Source: Vicinamibacterales bacterium
GTDB lineage: Bacteria; Acidobacteriota; Vicinamibacteria; Vicinamibacterales; UBA8438
Direction of reading: 5' to 3'
Length of the DNA: 64,000 bases
Assembly (NCBI GenBank): GCA_965215105.1
Contig: OZ244051.1
Span: forward strand, 2,113,653 to 2,177,652
Each line of letters starts with the position of its first letter. Position 1 is the stretch's first letter. Shown in pieces: positions 54,071 through 63,352 of the stretch. The notes under the pieces are model-generated. The model saw only the letters and a program-made list of their open reading frames with translations, was not told where the DNA came from and made no database searches. A program made the position numbers and the translations under genes.

Positions 54071-56257
54071 TCAGGGCCGCGCCGCCTGCGACCGGTGGAC
54101 GCTCAGTGCCGCGAGCCGGGCGCGGAACGCCTCGGCGTCGTTCACCGGCCGCTCGCAGGCGCCGTCCCGGCAGAGGTACGCGGTGGGCCGGCCGTCGAGC
54201 ATCTCCATCGACGCGGTCCACGGCAGCCGCGCCGCGACCTCGCGCTGGTGCGCTCCCGGCTCGACGACGAGGCTGACCGCCCCGGGCAGGAAGCACGCGG
54301 CGAACGCCCGGTGCAGGGCCGCGGTGCCGGCCGCGTCGCGCGGACCGAGCAGGATCACCTGCGGCACGCCGGCCTCCGCGGCGGACGCCGCCGCCATCAT
54401 CATCGGCACCACCCGCGCGAGCTGCGGCGACGCCGGGACCCGGCGCAGGGTCTCCTCGAGCTGCTCCCGATACGCGCCGGCCTCCCCGGCGCCCGACAGG
54501 TGCGCGAGGCTCAGCAGGTTCCACGCGGTGACCGACGCGGCCGACGGCTCGGCCCCGTCGTAGTCCTCCTTCAGCCGCAGGAGGACGCTGGCGTCGTCGC
54601 CGCTGGTGCTGAACCACCCGCCGTCCGCGTCGTCCCGGAACAGGCGGCTCTGGGTCGAGTGGAGCTGCTTCGCCCAGTCGAGCCAAACGGGATCGCCGCC
54701 GGCCTGGAACAGCTCGATCAGGCCCCACACCACGCAGGCATAGTCCTCGGCGTAGCCGTCGATGCCCGCGCGCCCGTCGCGGAACCGCCGCAGCAGCACA
54801 CCCCGCTCCCCGTCCCAGAGCTGGTCGCGCAGGAAGCGGGCGGCGGCGGCCGCCGCCTCGAGCGGATCCGGCGACGGGGCCTCGTCCAGCGGGGCGAGCC
54901 GCGCGGCGCGGGCGAAGGCCGCGATCATCAGGCCGTTCCAGCCGGCCAGCACCTTGTCGTCGAGGGACGGCCGGGGACGTCGCGCGCGCGCCTCGAACAG
55001 GCGCGGCCTCGCCCCGTCGAGCACCGACATCACCGATTCGAGGGATCGGCCGCTCAGCCGCGCGACGTCGTCGACCCCGCGCGCCACGTAAAGCAGGTTC
55101 TTGCCGGTGAACTCGCCGTGCGGGTCCTGGGGCGCGTTGCCGTCCGGCTCGACGCCGTACCGGAACCGGACGACGTCGGCGTCGTCCCCGAAGAGCGCCT
55201 CCACCTCCGGCTGGGCCCAGACGTAGAACGCGCCCTCGCGCTTCGCCGCCGCCGACCCGCCGGCGGGGGCCGGGCCGCTGTCCGGTGGAAGGCTGTCCGC
55301 ATCCTCGGCCGAAAAGAGTCCGCCACCGGGGTGCCGCAGGTCGCGGTGGACGTAGGCCAGCGTGTCATGGGCGACGTCGGCGAACGACGGCTCGCCCCCC
55401 GCCTGGGCGGTCTCCAGGAACGCGATGACCAGTTGCGCCTGGTCGTAGAGCATCTTCTCGAAGTGGGGAACGCGCCACATGGCGTCGACCGAGTAGCGGT
55501 GGAACCCGCCGCCCACGTGGTCGCGCATGCCGCCGAGGGCCATCGCCCGGAGGGTCTCGAGCACCATGTGCCGGGCCTCGACGTCGCCGGTGCGGGCGTG
55601 CTCGCGCAGCAGGAAGAGCAGCTCCGCCGGCCGCGGGAACTTGGGCGCCCCGCCGAACCCGCCGTTGCGGGCGTCGAAGGCGCCCGCGTACTCCCGCACG
55701 CCCCCCGCCAGCAGGTCGCCGTCCGGCATCCGTCCCCCGGGCGGACGCCGGTTCTGCTGCACCTCCCGCAGCCGCTCGATCACCCCGTCGGCCGACGCCG
55801 CCAGCTCCGCCCGCGACTCGCGCCAGCGTTTCGCGATCTCGGCCAGGATCTCGGAGAACCCGGGGCGGCCCCAGCGCGAGGACGGCGGGAAGTAGGTGCC
55901 GCCGTAGAACGGCTTCAGCTCGGGGGTGAGCCAGACGCTCATCGGCCACCCCCCCGAGCCGGTCGTCGCCTGGACGAACGCCATGTACACGCGGTCGACG
56001 TCCGGGCGCTCCTCGCGGTCGACCTTGACGGGGACGAAGCTCGCGTTCAGGACGCGGGCGATGTCCTCGTTCTCGAACGACTCGTGCTCCATGACGTGAC
56101 ACCAGTGGCACGTCGAGTAGCCGACGGAGAGGAAGATGGGCACGTCCTCGGCGCGGGCGCGGGCGAACGCCTCCTCCCCCCAGGGATACCAGTCGACGGG
56201 GTTCTCGCAGTGCTGGAGGAGATACGGGCTGGGCTCGTCGGCGAGGCGGTTCGGCAT
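54071..56257 (-). CDS. Thioredoxin-domain (DUF255) protein, YyaL/SSP411 family (728 aa)
   Basis: The sequence [31 protein letters not shown]...[20 protein letters not shown] is the canonical DUF255 N-terminus. An alpha/alpha-toroid-like remainder follows. Confidence 0.9.
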   Translation of the reverse strand: MPNRLADEPSPYLLQHCENPVDWYPWGEEAFARARAEDVPIFLSVGYSTCHWCHVMEHESFENEDIARVLNASFVPVKVDREERPDVDRVYMAFVQATTGSGGWPMSVWLTPELKPFYGGTYFPPSSRWGRPGFSEILAEIAKRWRESRAELAASADGVIERLREVQQNRRPPGGRMPDGDLLAGGVREYAGAFDARNGGFGGAPKFPRPAELLFLLREHARTGDVEARHMVLETLRAMALGGMRDHVGGGFHRYSVDAMWRVPHFEKMLYDQAQLVIAFLETAQAGGEPSFADVAHDTLAYVHRDLRHPGGGLFSAEDADSLPPDSGPAPAGGSAAAKREGAFYVWAQPEVEALFGDDADVVRFRYGVEPDGNAPQDPHGEFTGKNLLYVARGVDDVARLSGRSLESVMSVLDGARPRLFEARARRPRPSLDDKVLAGWNGLMIAAFARAARLAPLDEAPSPDPLEAAAAAARFLRDQLWDGERGVLLRRFRDGRAGIDGYAEDYACVVWGLIELFQAGGDPVWLDWAKQLHSTQSRLFRDDADGGWFSTSGDDASVLLRLKEDYDGAEPSAASVTAWNLLSLAHLSGAGEAGAYREQLEETLRRVPASPQLARVVPMMMAAASAAEAGVPQVILLGPRDAAGTAALHRAFAACFLPGAVSLVVEPGAHQREVAARLPWTASMEMLDGRPTAYLCRDGACERPVNDAEAFRARLAALSVHRSQAARP

Positions 56258-57073
56258 CTAGGGCTCTTCCCAGCGCGGATACGACCCCAGTGTCCTCACC
56301 AGCGGGGCGAACTCGGCCAGGTGCATGAGGGCGCGCGCGCAGGGCAGATCGTCGCGCGACGCCGTGAGGTCGGCGTAGAACAGGTACTCGAAGGGCCGCT
56401 CGGGGATCGGCCGGGACTCGAGCTTCGTCAGGTCGATGTCGCGCAGCGCGAAGACGCTCAGCGCCTTGAACAGGGCCCCGGCGTCGTTGGTCACGGTGAA
56501 GACGATCGTCGTCTTGTCGGCGGGGCCGAGCGGCGTCTGGTCGCGCCCCACCAGCAGGAACCGGGTGGTGTTGTCGGCGAAGTCCTGCACGCCCGCCGTC
56601 AGTATCGACAGCCCGAACACCTCGGCCGCGCGCTCGGAGGCGATGGCCCCGGTGTCGCGGAGCCCGCCGTCCCGAATCAGCTTGGCGCTGCCCGCGGTGT
56701 CGTAGGTGGGCTCGAGCTCCACGTCGAGGGTGCGGAGGAACCGCTCGCACTGCCCGAGGCCCTGGGGGTGCGAGAACACCCGCCGCAACTGCTGCCGCGT
56801 CGTCCCCTCGAGCACGAGCAGGTTGTGCACGATCGGCTGCTTCACCTCGCCGACGATCGGCAGCTCGTGCTTCAGCAGGAGGTCGTAGTTGCCGTGAATC
56901 GTGCCGTGGCTCGAGTTCTCGATGGGCAGGATGCCGTGCGTCGCCCTTCCCTGCTCGACCGCCGTGAACACCGCCTCGAAGGTCTCGCACGGCAGGAGAT
57001 CGGCGGACGGCCGGAAGCGCAGGGCGGCCGCCTCGGAGTAGGCGCCGGGCTCCCCCTGGTAGGCGATGCGCAT
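56258..57073 (-). CDS. pheA: Prephenate dehydratase with ACT domain (271 aa)
   Basis: MRIAYQGEPGAYSE, LPIENSSHGTI, TRFLLVG and the ESRP motif (TKLESRPIP) are present. The stop abuts the next gene's ATG. Confidence 0.9.
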   Translation of the reverse strand: MRIAYQGEPGAYSEAAALRFRPSADLLPCETFEAVFTAVEQGRATHGILPIENSSHGTIHGNYDLLLKHELPIVGEVKQPIVHNLLVLEGTTRQQLRRVFSHPQGLGQCERFLRTLDVELEPTYDTAGSAKLIRDGGLRDTGAIASERAAEVFGLSILTAGVQDFADNTTRFLLVGRDQTPLGPADKTTIVFTVTNDAGALFKALSVFALRDIDLTKLESRPIPERPFEYLFYADLTASRDDLPCARALMHLAEFAPLVRTLGSYPRWEEP

Positions 57074-57281
57074 CGATAAAGGATATCAGCAGCGGCCCCG
57101 GCCGCCCGCCCGACCAGTGCTCTTGCGGGGCTATAATCGAGCGGGATGTCGTCTCGTTCGCCCGCGCGGGCCGGCCGCGGCGCGCCACGCCCGCGCCCAT
57201 CGAGCCCGTCGGTGCCCTCGCCGGCCCTGGTGAATCGCGGGGGCTCGCCCCGTGCTTCGGGCCCCGCCCGACGTTCGCGCC

Positions 57282-58889
57282 ATGCGTGTCCTCCCAACTA
57301 GCGTCGATACCGGCAGCGAGGAGTTCCGGGCCAACCTGCGCGCGATGGGGACGCTGGAGCGCGACCTCGAGGCCCGGCGGGCGCGGGCGCGCGAGGGCGG
57401 CGGCGAGGCGGCGACCCGCCGCCATGCCGAGCAGGGCAAGCTGCCGGTGCGCGAACGGCTCGCCCGCCTCCTCGACCCAGACACACCGTTCCTCGAGCTG
57501 TCGGCGCTGGCCGCGGGCGGCATGTACGACGACGAGGCCCCGGGGGCGGGGCTCGTCACCGGCGTCGGGCGGGTGAGCGGCCGCGAGGTCATGGTGGTGG
57601 CCAACGACGCCACCGTGAAGGGGGGCACGTACTTCCCCGTCACCGTCAAGAAGCACCTGCGGGCACAGCAGATCGCGCTCGAGAACCGGCTGCCGTGCGT
57701 CTACCTCGTCGATTCCGGGGGCGCCTACCTCCCGATGCAGGCCGAGGTGTTCCCCGACCGCGAGCACTTCGGGCGCATCTTCTTCAACCAGGCGCGGCTG
57801 TCGGCGGCGGGCATCGCGCAGATCGCGGTGGTCATGGGCTCGTGCACGGCCGGCGGCGCCTACGTGCCGGCGATGGCCGACGAGACGATCATCGTCGAGG
57901 GCACCGGCACCATCTTCCTCGGCGGGCCGCCCCTCGTGAAGGCGGCCACCGGCGAGGACGTCCCCGCCGAGGCGCTCGGCGGCGCCGACGTCCACACGCG
58001 GCTCTCGGGCGTCGCCGACTACCTCGCGCGAAACGACGCCGAGGCCCTGGAGCTGACCCGCACCGTCGTCTCGACCCTGCACGCCGTCAAGCCCCCGGCC
58101 GGCGACGTCACCGCGCCCGAGGACCCCCGGTACGACCCGGGCGAGATCGGCGGCGTCGTCGGCGCCGACCTCCGGCGCCAGTACGACGTGCGCGAGGTCA
58201 TCGCGCGACTCGTCGACGGCTCCCGCTTCGACGAGTTCAAGGCCCGCTACGGCCCCACCCTCGTCACCGGGTTCGCACGCCTCCACGGCTTCCTGGTCGG
58301 CATCGTCGCCAACAACGGCGTCCTCTTCTCCGAGTCGGCCCTCAAGGCGACCCACTTCATCCAGCTCTGCAACCTGCGGGCGGTCCCGCTCGTCTTCCTC
58401 CAGAACATCACCGGGTTCATGGTCGGCCGGGAGTACGAGCGGGCGGGCATCGCCAAGGACGGGGCCAAGATGGTGCACGCGGTCGCGAACGCCGTCGTCC
58501 CCCGGTTCAGCGTCATCATCGGCGGGTCGTTCGGGGCCGGCAACTACGGCATGTGCGGCCGCGCCTACGACCCGCGCCTGCTGTGGATGTGGCCCAACGC
58601 CCGCATCTCGGTGATGGGCGGCCCCCAGGCGGCCAGCGTCCTCGTGACCGTGAAGCGGGACCAGCAGGCCCGTCGGGGCGGCGAGCTCGCGCCGGACGGG
58701 GAGGCGGCCATCCGCGACCCCATCCTCGCCCGCTACGACCACGAGGGGTCTCCCTGGTACGCGACGGCCCGGCTGTGGGACGACGGGGTGATCACCCCGG
58801 CCGAGACCCGGCCCGCCCTCGCCCTCGGCCTGTCGATGGCCGCGGGCGCCCCCCTCGCCGACCCGAAGTTCGGCGTCTTCCGCATGTGA
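57282..58889 (+). CDS. Acyl-CoA carboxylase carboxyltransferase subunit, methylcrotonyl-CoA carboxylase beta-like (535 aa)
   Basis: The protein shows full-length carboxyl_trans similarity ([62 protein letters not shown]). I prefer ATG 57282 over GTG 57252. Confidence 0.9.
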   Translation: MRVLPTSVDTGSEEFRANLRAMGTLERDLEARRARAREGGGEAATRRHAEQGKLPVRERLARLLDPDTPFLELSALAAGGMYDDEAPGAGLVTGVGRVSGREVMVVANDATVKGGTYFPVTVKKHLRAQQIALENRLPCVYLVDSGGAYLPMQAEVFPDREHFGRIFFNQARLSAAGIAQIAVVMGSCTAGGAYVPAMADETIIVEGTGTIFLGGPPLVKAATGEDVPAEALGGADVHTRLSGVADYLARNDAEALELTRTVVSTLHAVKPPAGDVTAPEDPRYDPGEIGGVVGADLRRQYDVREVIARLVDGSRFDEFKARYGPTLVTGFARLHGFLVGIVANNGVLFSESALKATHFIQLCNLRAVPLVFLQNITGFMVGREYERAGIAKDGAKMVHAVANAVVPRFSVIIGGSFGAGNYGMCGRAYDPRLLWMWPNARISVMGGPQAASVLVTVKRDQQARRGGELAPDGEAAIRDPILARYDHEGSPWYATARLWDDGVITPAETRPALALGLSMAAGAPLADPKFGVFRM

Positions 58890-59043
58890 TGCCGATGAAC
58901 ACGGGTGCCGGACCGATTCTCGTCAGCGTCCGCCGACCCGAGGTCCGCCGTCTTCCGCCGGCCGCGGCGAGCAGGACCTCGGACCCGCCGCTGGCGCCGG
59001 CCCACCCGAGGCGCGGCGTCTTCCGCCGGTGATGCCGATGGCC
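58860..59043. repeat. Triplicated junction between the carboxyltransferase gene end and the biotin carboxylase gene start
   Basis: The module [G/C]ACCCGA[A/G]G..CG.CGTCTTCCGC occurs at 58860, 58935 and 59003. Copies 1 and 3 both continue into GTGATGCCGATG, which in copy 1 spans the stop of the upstream gene and in copy 3 the start of the downstream gene. Confidence 0.65.
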
Positions 59044-60570
59044 AAGCCGATCTCCCGGCTCCTCGTGGCCAACCGCGGCGAGATCGCGCTGCGCATCGTC
59101 CGCGCGTGCCGCGAGTTGCGCATCGAGTCGGTGGCGGTGTGCTCCACCGCCGATACCGGGACCCCGCACGTGCGCGCGGCGGACCGGGCCGTCACCATCG
59201 GTCCGCCGCATCCGCGCGACAGCTTTCTCGACGTCGGCGCGATCATCGACGCCGCCCGCGAGACCGGCGCCGACGCCGTCCATCCCGGCTACGGCTTCCT
59301 GTCCGAGGCCCCCGAGATGGCCGCCGCGTGCGCCGACGCCGGCCTGACGTGGGTCGGCCCCCCCGCCGACGTCATCGCGCGCCTCGGGTCGAAGATCGAG
59401 GCCCGGCGCCTGATGCAGGCGGCGGGCGTGCCCATCGTCCCGGGCGAGACTCCGGCCGATCAGACCGACGCCGGTCTCGCCGCCGCGGCCGGGAGGGTCG
59501 GCTATCCGATTCTGCTGAAGGCGTCCGCGGGGGGCGGCGGGCGCGGCATGCGCACCGTGCGCGCGCCCGACCGCCTGGGAGAGGCGAGCGACGAGGCGCG
59601 CCGCGAGTCGGCTTCCGCGTTCGGCGACGGCACGCTGTACGTCGAGCGGCTGCTCGTCCGCCCCCGCCACGTCGAGGTCCAGATCATGGCCGACGACGCA
59701 GGGCGCGTCGTGCACCTGCACGAGCGGGACTGCTCCATCCAGCGGCGCCACCAGAAGGTCGTCGAGGAAGGCCCGGCGCCCGACCTTGCCCCCGCGGTGC
59801 GCGCGCGGCTGACGGACGCCGCCGTCGCCGCCGCCCGCGCCGCCGGCTACCGCAACGCGGGAACGGTGGAGTTCCTCGTCGAGGGGGCCGGCGACGACGC
59901 GACCGTCGCGTTCCTCGAGATGAACACGCGCCTGCAGGTCGAGCATCCCGTCACCGAGCTGGTGACGGGCCGCGACCTCGTGCACGCCCAGCTCGCGGTG
60001 GCCGCCGGGGCCGGCCTGCCGTGGTCGCAGGACGAGATCGCGGTGCGCGGCCACGCCGTCGAGTGCCGCGTCTACGCCGAGCGGCCGGCCGAGGGCTTCC
60101 TGCCCGATGCGGGGACGCTGCTCCGCTACCGGGAGCCGGCCGGACCCGGCATCCGCGTCGACGCCGGGGTCGTCGAGGGCAGCGTGGTCTCCCCCGCCTA
60201 CGACGCGCTGCTCGCCAAGCTCGTCGTCCACGGGGAAACGCGGGTGCAGGCCCTGGCGCGGGCGCGGGCCGCCCTCGCCCGCTACGTCGTGCTCGGGGTG
60301 CGCACCAACCTCGAGCTCCTGTCCCGCATCCTGCGCCACCCCCAGGTGGCCGAGGGCCCGGTCGACACCGGGTTCCTGGACGCCGAGCTCGACGGCCTGC
60401 TGGTGGAGGAGGACGAGGACCCGGCTCTCGCCCTCGCCGCGGCGCTGGCCGTCGACGCGCGGCTCTCCCCTGCCAATCCCCAAGCCGGGCCGCCGGCGGC
60501 CGGCGCCGCGCCGTCCGCGAGCGCCGTGCGCGATCCCTGGACCACCCTCGGGAGCTGGCGGCTGTCATGA
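59029..60570 (+). CDS. Biotin carboxylase (alpha-subunit N-terminal part of an acyl-CoA carboxylase), lacking its own BCCP domain
   Basis: LLVANRGEIALRIVRA, the ATP-grasp motif (YPILLKASAGGGGRGMR), EMNTRLQVEHPVTE and the ending DPWTTLGSWRLS are present. The likely start is ATG 59032 or 59038. Confidence 0.9.
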   Translation: MMPMAKPISRLLVANRGEIALRIVRACRELRIESVAVCSTADTGTPHVRAADRAVTIGPPHPRDSFLDVGAIIDAARETGADAVHPGYGFLSEAPEMAAACADAGLTWVGPPADVIARLGSKIEARRLMQAAGVPIVPGETPADQTDAGLAAAAGRVGYPILLKASAGGGGRGMRTVRAPDRLGEASDEARRESASAFGDGTLYVERLLVRPRHVEVQIMADDAGRVVHLHERDCSIQRRHQKVVEEGPAPDLAPAVRARLTDAAVAAARAAGYRNAGTVEFLVEGAGDDATVAFLEMNTRLQVEHPVTELVTGRDLVHAQLAVAAGAGLPWSQDEIAVRGHAVECRVYAERPAEGFLPDAGTLLRYREPAGPGIRVDAGVVEGSVVSPAYDALLAKLVVHGETRVQALARARAALARYVVLGVRTNLELLSRILRHPQVAEGPVDTGFLDAELDGLLVEEDEDPALALAAALAVDARLSPANPQAGPPAAGAAPSASAVRDPWTTLGSWRLS

Positions 60571-61070
60571 CCCGCCCGCGCCGCCAGGTGTCCGTGGAAG
60601 CGTTCGCCCGCGACGCGGACGCGACCGCCGGCCGGGTCCGCATCTCCGGGATGGACGAGCCGGTCGAGGTCGAGCGAATCGACGGCAGCAGCTATCGGGT
60701 CTCGTTGGGAGGGCGGCGGATCGAGGTCGTCATCGCCCGTGAGCCGGGCGTCGACTGGGGCTGGGCGGACGGCCGCGCCTTTCGCTGGACGCACGCGCCG
60801 GAGGCGTCCGTGCGCGACCCCGAGCCGGCCGGCGACACGGGGACCGTCCGCGCCCCGATGCCCGCCGTCGTCACCGCGGTCGCGGCCGCCCCCGGCCAGG
60901 CGGTGGCGCGGGGCGACACCCTGCTCATGCTCGAAGCGATGAAGATGGAGCTTCCGGTGAAGGCGCCGCGCGACGGCCGGGTCGCCGCCGTCCGGTGCAA
61001 GGTCGGAGACCGCGTGGATGCGGATGCGTTCCTGGTGGAGCTGGACACCCGCAATAATGTTCAGGAGTGA
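60567..61070 (+). CDS. Biotin carboxyl carrier (biotinyl/lipoyl attachment) domain protein (167 aa)
   Basis: ATG 60567 overlaps the upstream TGA (ATGA). The C-terminal APMPAVVTAV...LLMLEAMKMELPVKAP carries the biotinylation motif EAMKM. I trimmed it from track ORF 58905..61070. Confidence 0.8.
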   Translation: MTRPRRQVSVEAFARDADATAGRVRISGMDEPVEVERIDGSSYRVSLGGRRIEVVIAREPGVDWGWADGRAFRWTHAPEASVRDPEPAGDTGTVRAPMPAVVTAVAAAPGQAVARGDTLLMLEAMKMELPVKAPRDGRVAAVRCKVGDRVDADAFLVELDTRNNVQE

Positions 61071-61239
61071 ACCGCCGGGCCCGGAGCGAATCGTCGGGCC
61101 CGGCGTGAGCGCCCGGACGAGACAGGCGCTGCAAGTGCGTCGGGAGCCCTTCGCAGTGCGGAGTGAATCGCCGGCGGAAGCACCGCCGGCTGGCGACACG
61201 GCTACCGCGATGGCCCCGGAAGGCCCTCCGCCAGCGCGA

Positions 61240-61605
61240 TCAGGCGGTGGCGGGCTCGGGCTCGGCCGGCGCGTCAGCCCCCACCGCGGACTCGACGGCA
61301 GCGACCACGTCCCCGTACTCGACCATGTCGATCGCGTCGTAGTCGGCCGGGCACCCGAAGTCCCGCTTGCCGGGCGCGGTCGGGTTGCCGATGGTCACGC
61401 ACAGCCCGCAGCCGATGCACTTGTCGATACGCACCGCGCAGACCCAGCGGTCGTTGGCGTCCTTCTCCTCGACGATGCAGTCTTCGACGGGACAGGCGGC
61501 CTGACAGATCGAGCAGGCGAACGCACCGAAGCAGCGGTCGGGGTCGACCACCGCGACCTTGCGCGGCGCCCGCTTGCGGGGGGTGTTCTGAAGCTTCGTC
61601 CACAT
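61240..61605 (-). CDS. 4Fe-4S dicluster ferredoxin-like protein (121 aa)
   Basis: Two cluster motifs are present (C..FACSICQAACP and CIGCGLCVTIG..P). Confidence 0.8.
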   Translation of the reverse strand: MWTKLQNTPRKRAPRKVAVVDPDRCFGAFACSICQAACPVEDCIVEEKDANDRWVCAVRIDKCIGCGLCVTIGNPTAPGKRDFGCPADYDAIDMVEYGDVVAAVESAVGADAPAEPEPATA

Positions 61606-61613
61606 GGGTGGTG

Positions 61614-61619
61614 ATTATA
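61614..61619 (-). promoter_or_regulatory. Perfect TATAAT box 8 nt upstream of the ferredoxin ATG (possible leaderless transcript)
   Basis: The minus strand reads GTATAATCACCACCC-ATG. No convincing -35 element is found at 17 nt (CAGCGG) and no Shine-Dalgarno sequence is present. Confidence 0.3.
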
Positions 61620-61758
61620 CCGCAGCAGCCCACGGACCGCTGGCCGGTCGGGCTCGAGGGCGCCGTCGGGAGTCGGTTGTCTGATCGCGATCGGGTCCAC
61701 CCCAGGAGTGTACGCGTGCTCGCCATGCCTGTTGCCCTCGCCCGCTTGGCGAAGGGGT

Positions 61759-62706
61759 CTACCTCAAGGGTGTACGGGTGCTCGACGTTTCGTCGCCGGT
61801 CAGGCACAGGATCTCGGCGTCGGCTCCACGGTCGAGTGCGTTGTTGGCCTCGTTTCGGACGTCTCCCGGGTTCCAGCCCCGGCCGCGCAACGCGGCGTTG
61901 ATGCCGAACTCCTCGAAGCCGGTGCGTGCGTCCTGGATCGTTCGATAAGCGTGTTGCTGTCGGGTCGTCTCGTTCGCCGTTCGGACGATGATGGCGTGCC
62001 CGGTCACACGGATGTCGATCGTGTGGTAGCGGGCTGCCTTCAGGACGCTCGTCGCATGCACCGCCGGATCCGACCGGATGGCCTCGTACTCCTTGGGAAC
62101 GCCGACGAGCTCCTCGCGCGCGTCGCGTTGGTACAGCGGTCTCCGCGCCAGCCACCGGGCCTGGGTCGCACTGAACTCTCGTTCGTCCAGGCTGTTGACC
62201 GCGATCGCGGTTTCCGCCGGTTCGCTTCTCGCGCTGACCGCGATGTCGTAGAGGTCTCGCACGGGCGCGAACAGTCGCCGATGCTTCAGCTTGGCCGTGA
62301 GCACCTGCGCCGTGCTCAGCACCTTCGCGACGCCGCTCTCGAATCGGGCGTATCTCGGTTCCCGGGCTGGCGTGGGCCGGGTCCTGAGCAGTTCGATCCG
62401 GCCCTCGGGGAAGTGAATCGTCGGCGGGTTCTCGAGATCGATCCGCGTTGCTCCGGCCGCTCTCATCTTGCGCCACAACTCCGGGTTGCGCTCTTGCTGC
62501 AGCAGCGCGAGTCCTGTGTCCGGATGGACGTGAAGGTCGAGATCCGTGCTTCGCCGGTGCTTCCACCGAGCGCTGAGGAGTGTTCCGCCGCCCAGGGCCC
62601 AGCCGTCCCGCCCTGGCGTGTGGGGCGTCACGTGCTGGTCGAGGATGCCGTGGGTTCGGGCGAGGATCCCGGCTGCCGGCTCGGGAAGCGACAGCTCCTC
62701 CGTCAT
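61759..62706 (-). CDS. Nucleotidyltransferase AbiEii/DUF1814-family toxin (315 aa)
   Basis: LGGGTLLSARWKHRRSTDLDLHV matches the AbiEii NTase signature (GG.. then R.S.D.D). The ATG overlaps the upstream gene's stop (ATGA at 62703..62706). GC content is lower than in the surroundings. Confidence 0.8.
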   Translation of the reverse strand: MTEELSLPEPAAGILARTHGILDQHVTPHTPGRDGWALGGGTLLSARWKHRRSTDLDLHVHPDTGLALLQQERNPELWRKMRAAGATRIDLENPPTIHFPEGRIELLRTRPTPAREPRYARFESGVAKVLSTAQVLTAKLKHRRLFAPVRDLYDIAVSARSEPAETAIAVNSLDEREFSATQARWLARRPLYQRDAREELVGVPKEYEAIRSDPAVHATSVLKAARYHTIDIRVTGHAIIVRTANETTRQQHAYRTIQDARTGFEEFGINAALRGRGWNPGDVRNEANNALDRGADAEILCLTGDETSSTRTPLR

Positions 62707-63107
62707 CGTTCAGACAGCCTGTTCAGGTCCCGGTTGCGTTCCGGGTAGCTGTCTGCGGCGCCGCTTCTGTGGATGGCGTTCGCGAGCTGTCGGAACGTGT
62801 AGGCCTCCTCGGTCCACGCGAGGATCAGCTCGTCGTCGGTCGCCTCGCGCAGCCACATCGTGATGATGCCCGCTTGCCGCGCTGACGGCTTGTCCGCCCG
62901 GACCGCATCGAAGAACTCCCGGGGGGTCGGCGGCCTCCGCCACCCGGCGCACGCACTCGCAATGCGTCGCGCGACCGTGCGGCTGTTGGGCCCGATCTCG
63001 CCCGCCGGAACCACGATGCCGCAGTCGGCCCGGACCCTGGCGCTTCCCCGACGGTCGATGAACGTCTCCGGCGGTGCAAGCCTCGTGTCGTCTGCGAGGT
63101 CGCTCAT
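62703..63107 (-). CDS. Putative cognate antitoxin of the AbiEii-like toxin (134 aa, family not recognised)
   Basis: I trimmed track ORF 62703..63338 to ATG 63107 (MSDLADDTRLAPPETFIDRRG). It overlaps the toxin gene by 4 nt. It is shorter than typical AbiEi proteins. Confidence 0.55.
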   Translation of the reverse strand: MSDLADDTRLAPPETFIDRRGSARVRADCGIVVPAGEIGPNSRTVARRIASACAGWRRPPTPREFFDAVRADKPSARQAGIITMWLREATDDELILAWTEEAYTFRQLANAIHRSGAADSYPERNRDLNRLSER

Positions 63108-63352
63108 CGCGCTTCCGTGTCGGCTGGTCGCAGTATAGCGCGCAGGCTGCGTTCGGCGCGAGGAATGCGTTCCGCCGCGTGCACGCGGGCCGTCCCTGCG
63201 GCACAGACGCCTACGTGCAATCGAACGTCCAGCCTTCCGGACCATCCAGGAGCCTGCGCGCCCGGTCTCGGCGATCGGGCCTGTCGGCAATCGTGAAGAG
63301 TGCTCTCTCCACGTCGACAGCTCTACTGGGAAACTCACGTGTTGATCACGAT

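Noticed and set aside
61274-62566. The 430-aa minus-strand ORF overlapping the ferredoxin and AbiEii-like genes
   Set aside because: It is out of frame with two genes that have clear motifs. Its translation is Arg/Gly/Pro-rich with no recognisable domain.
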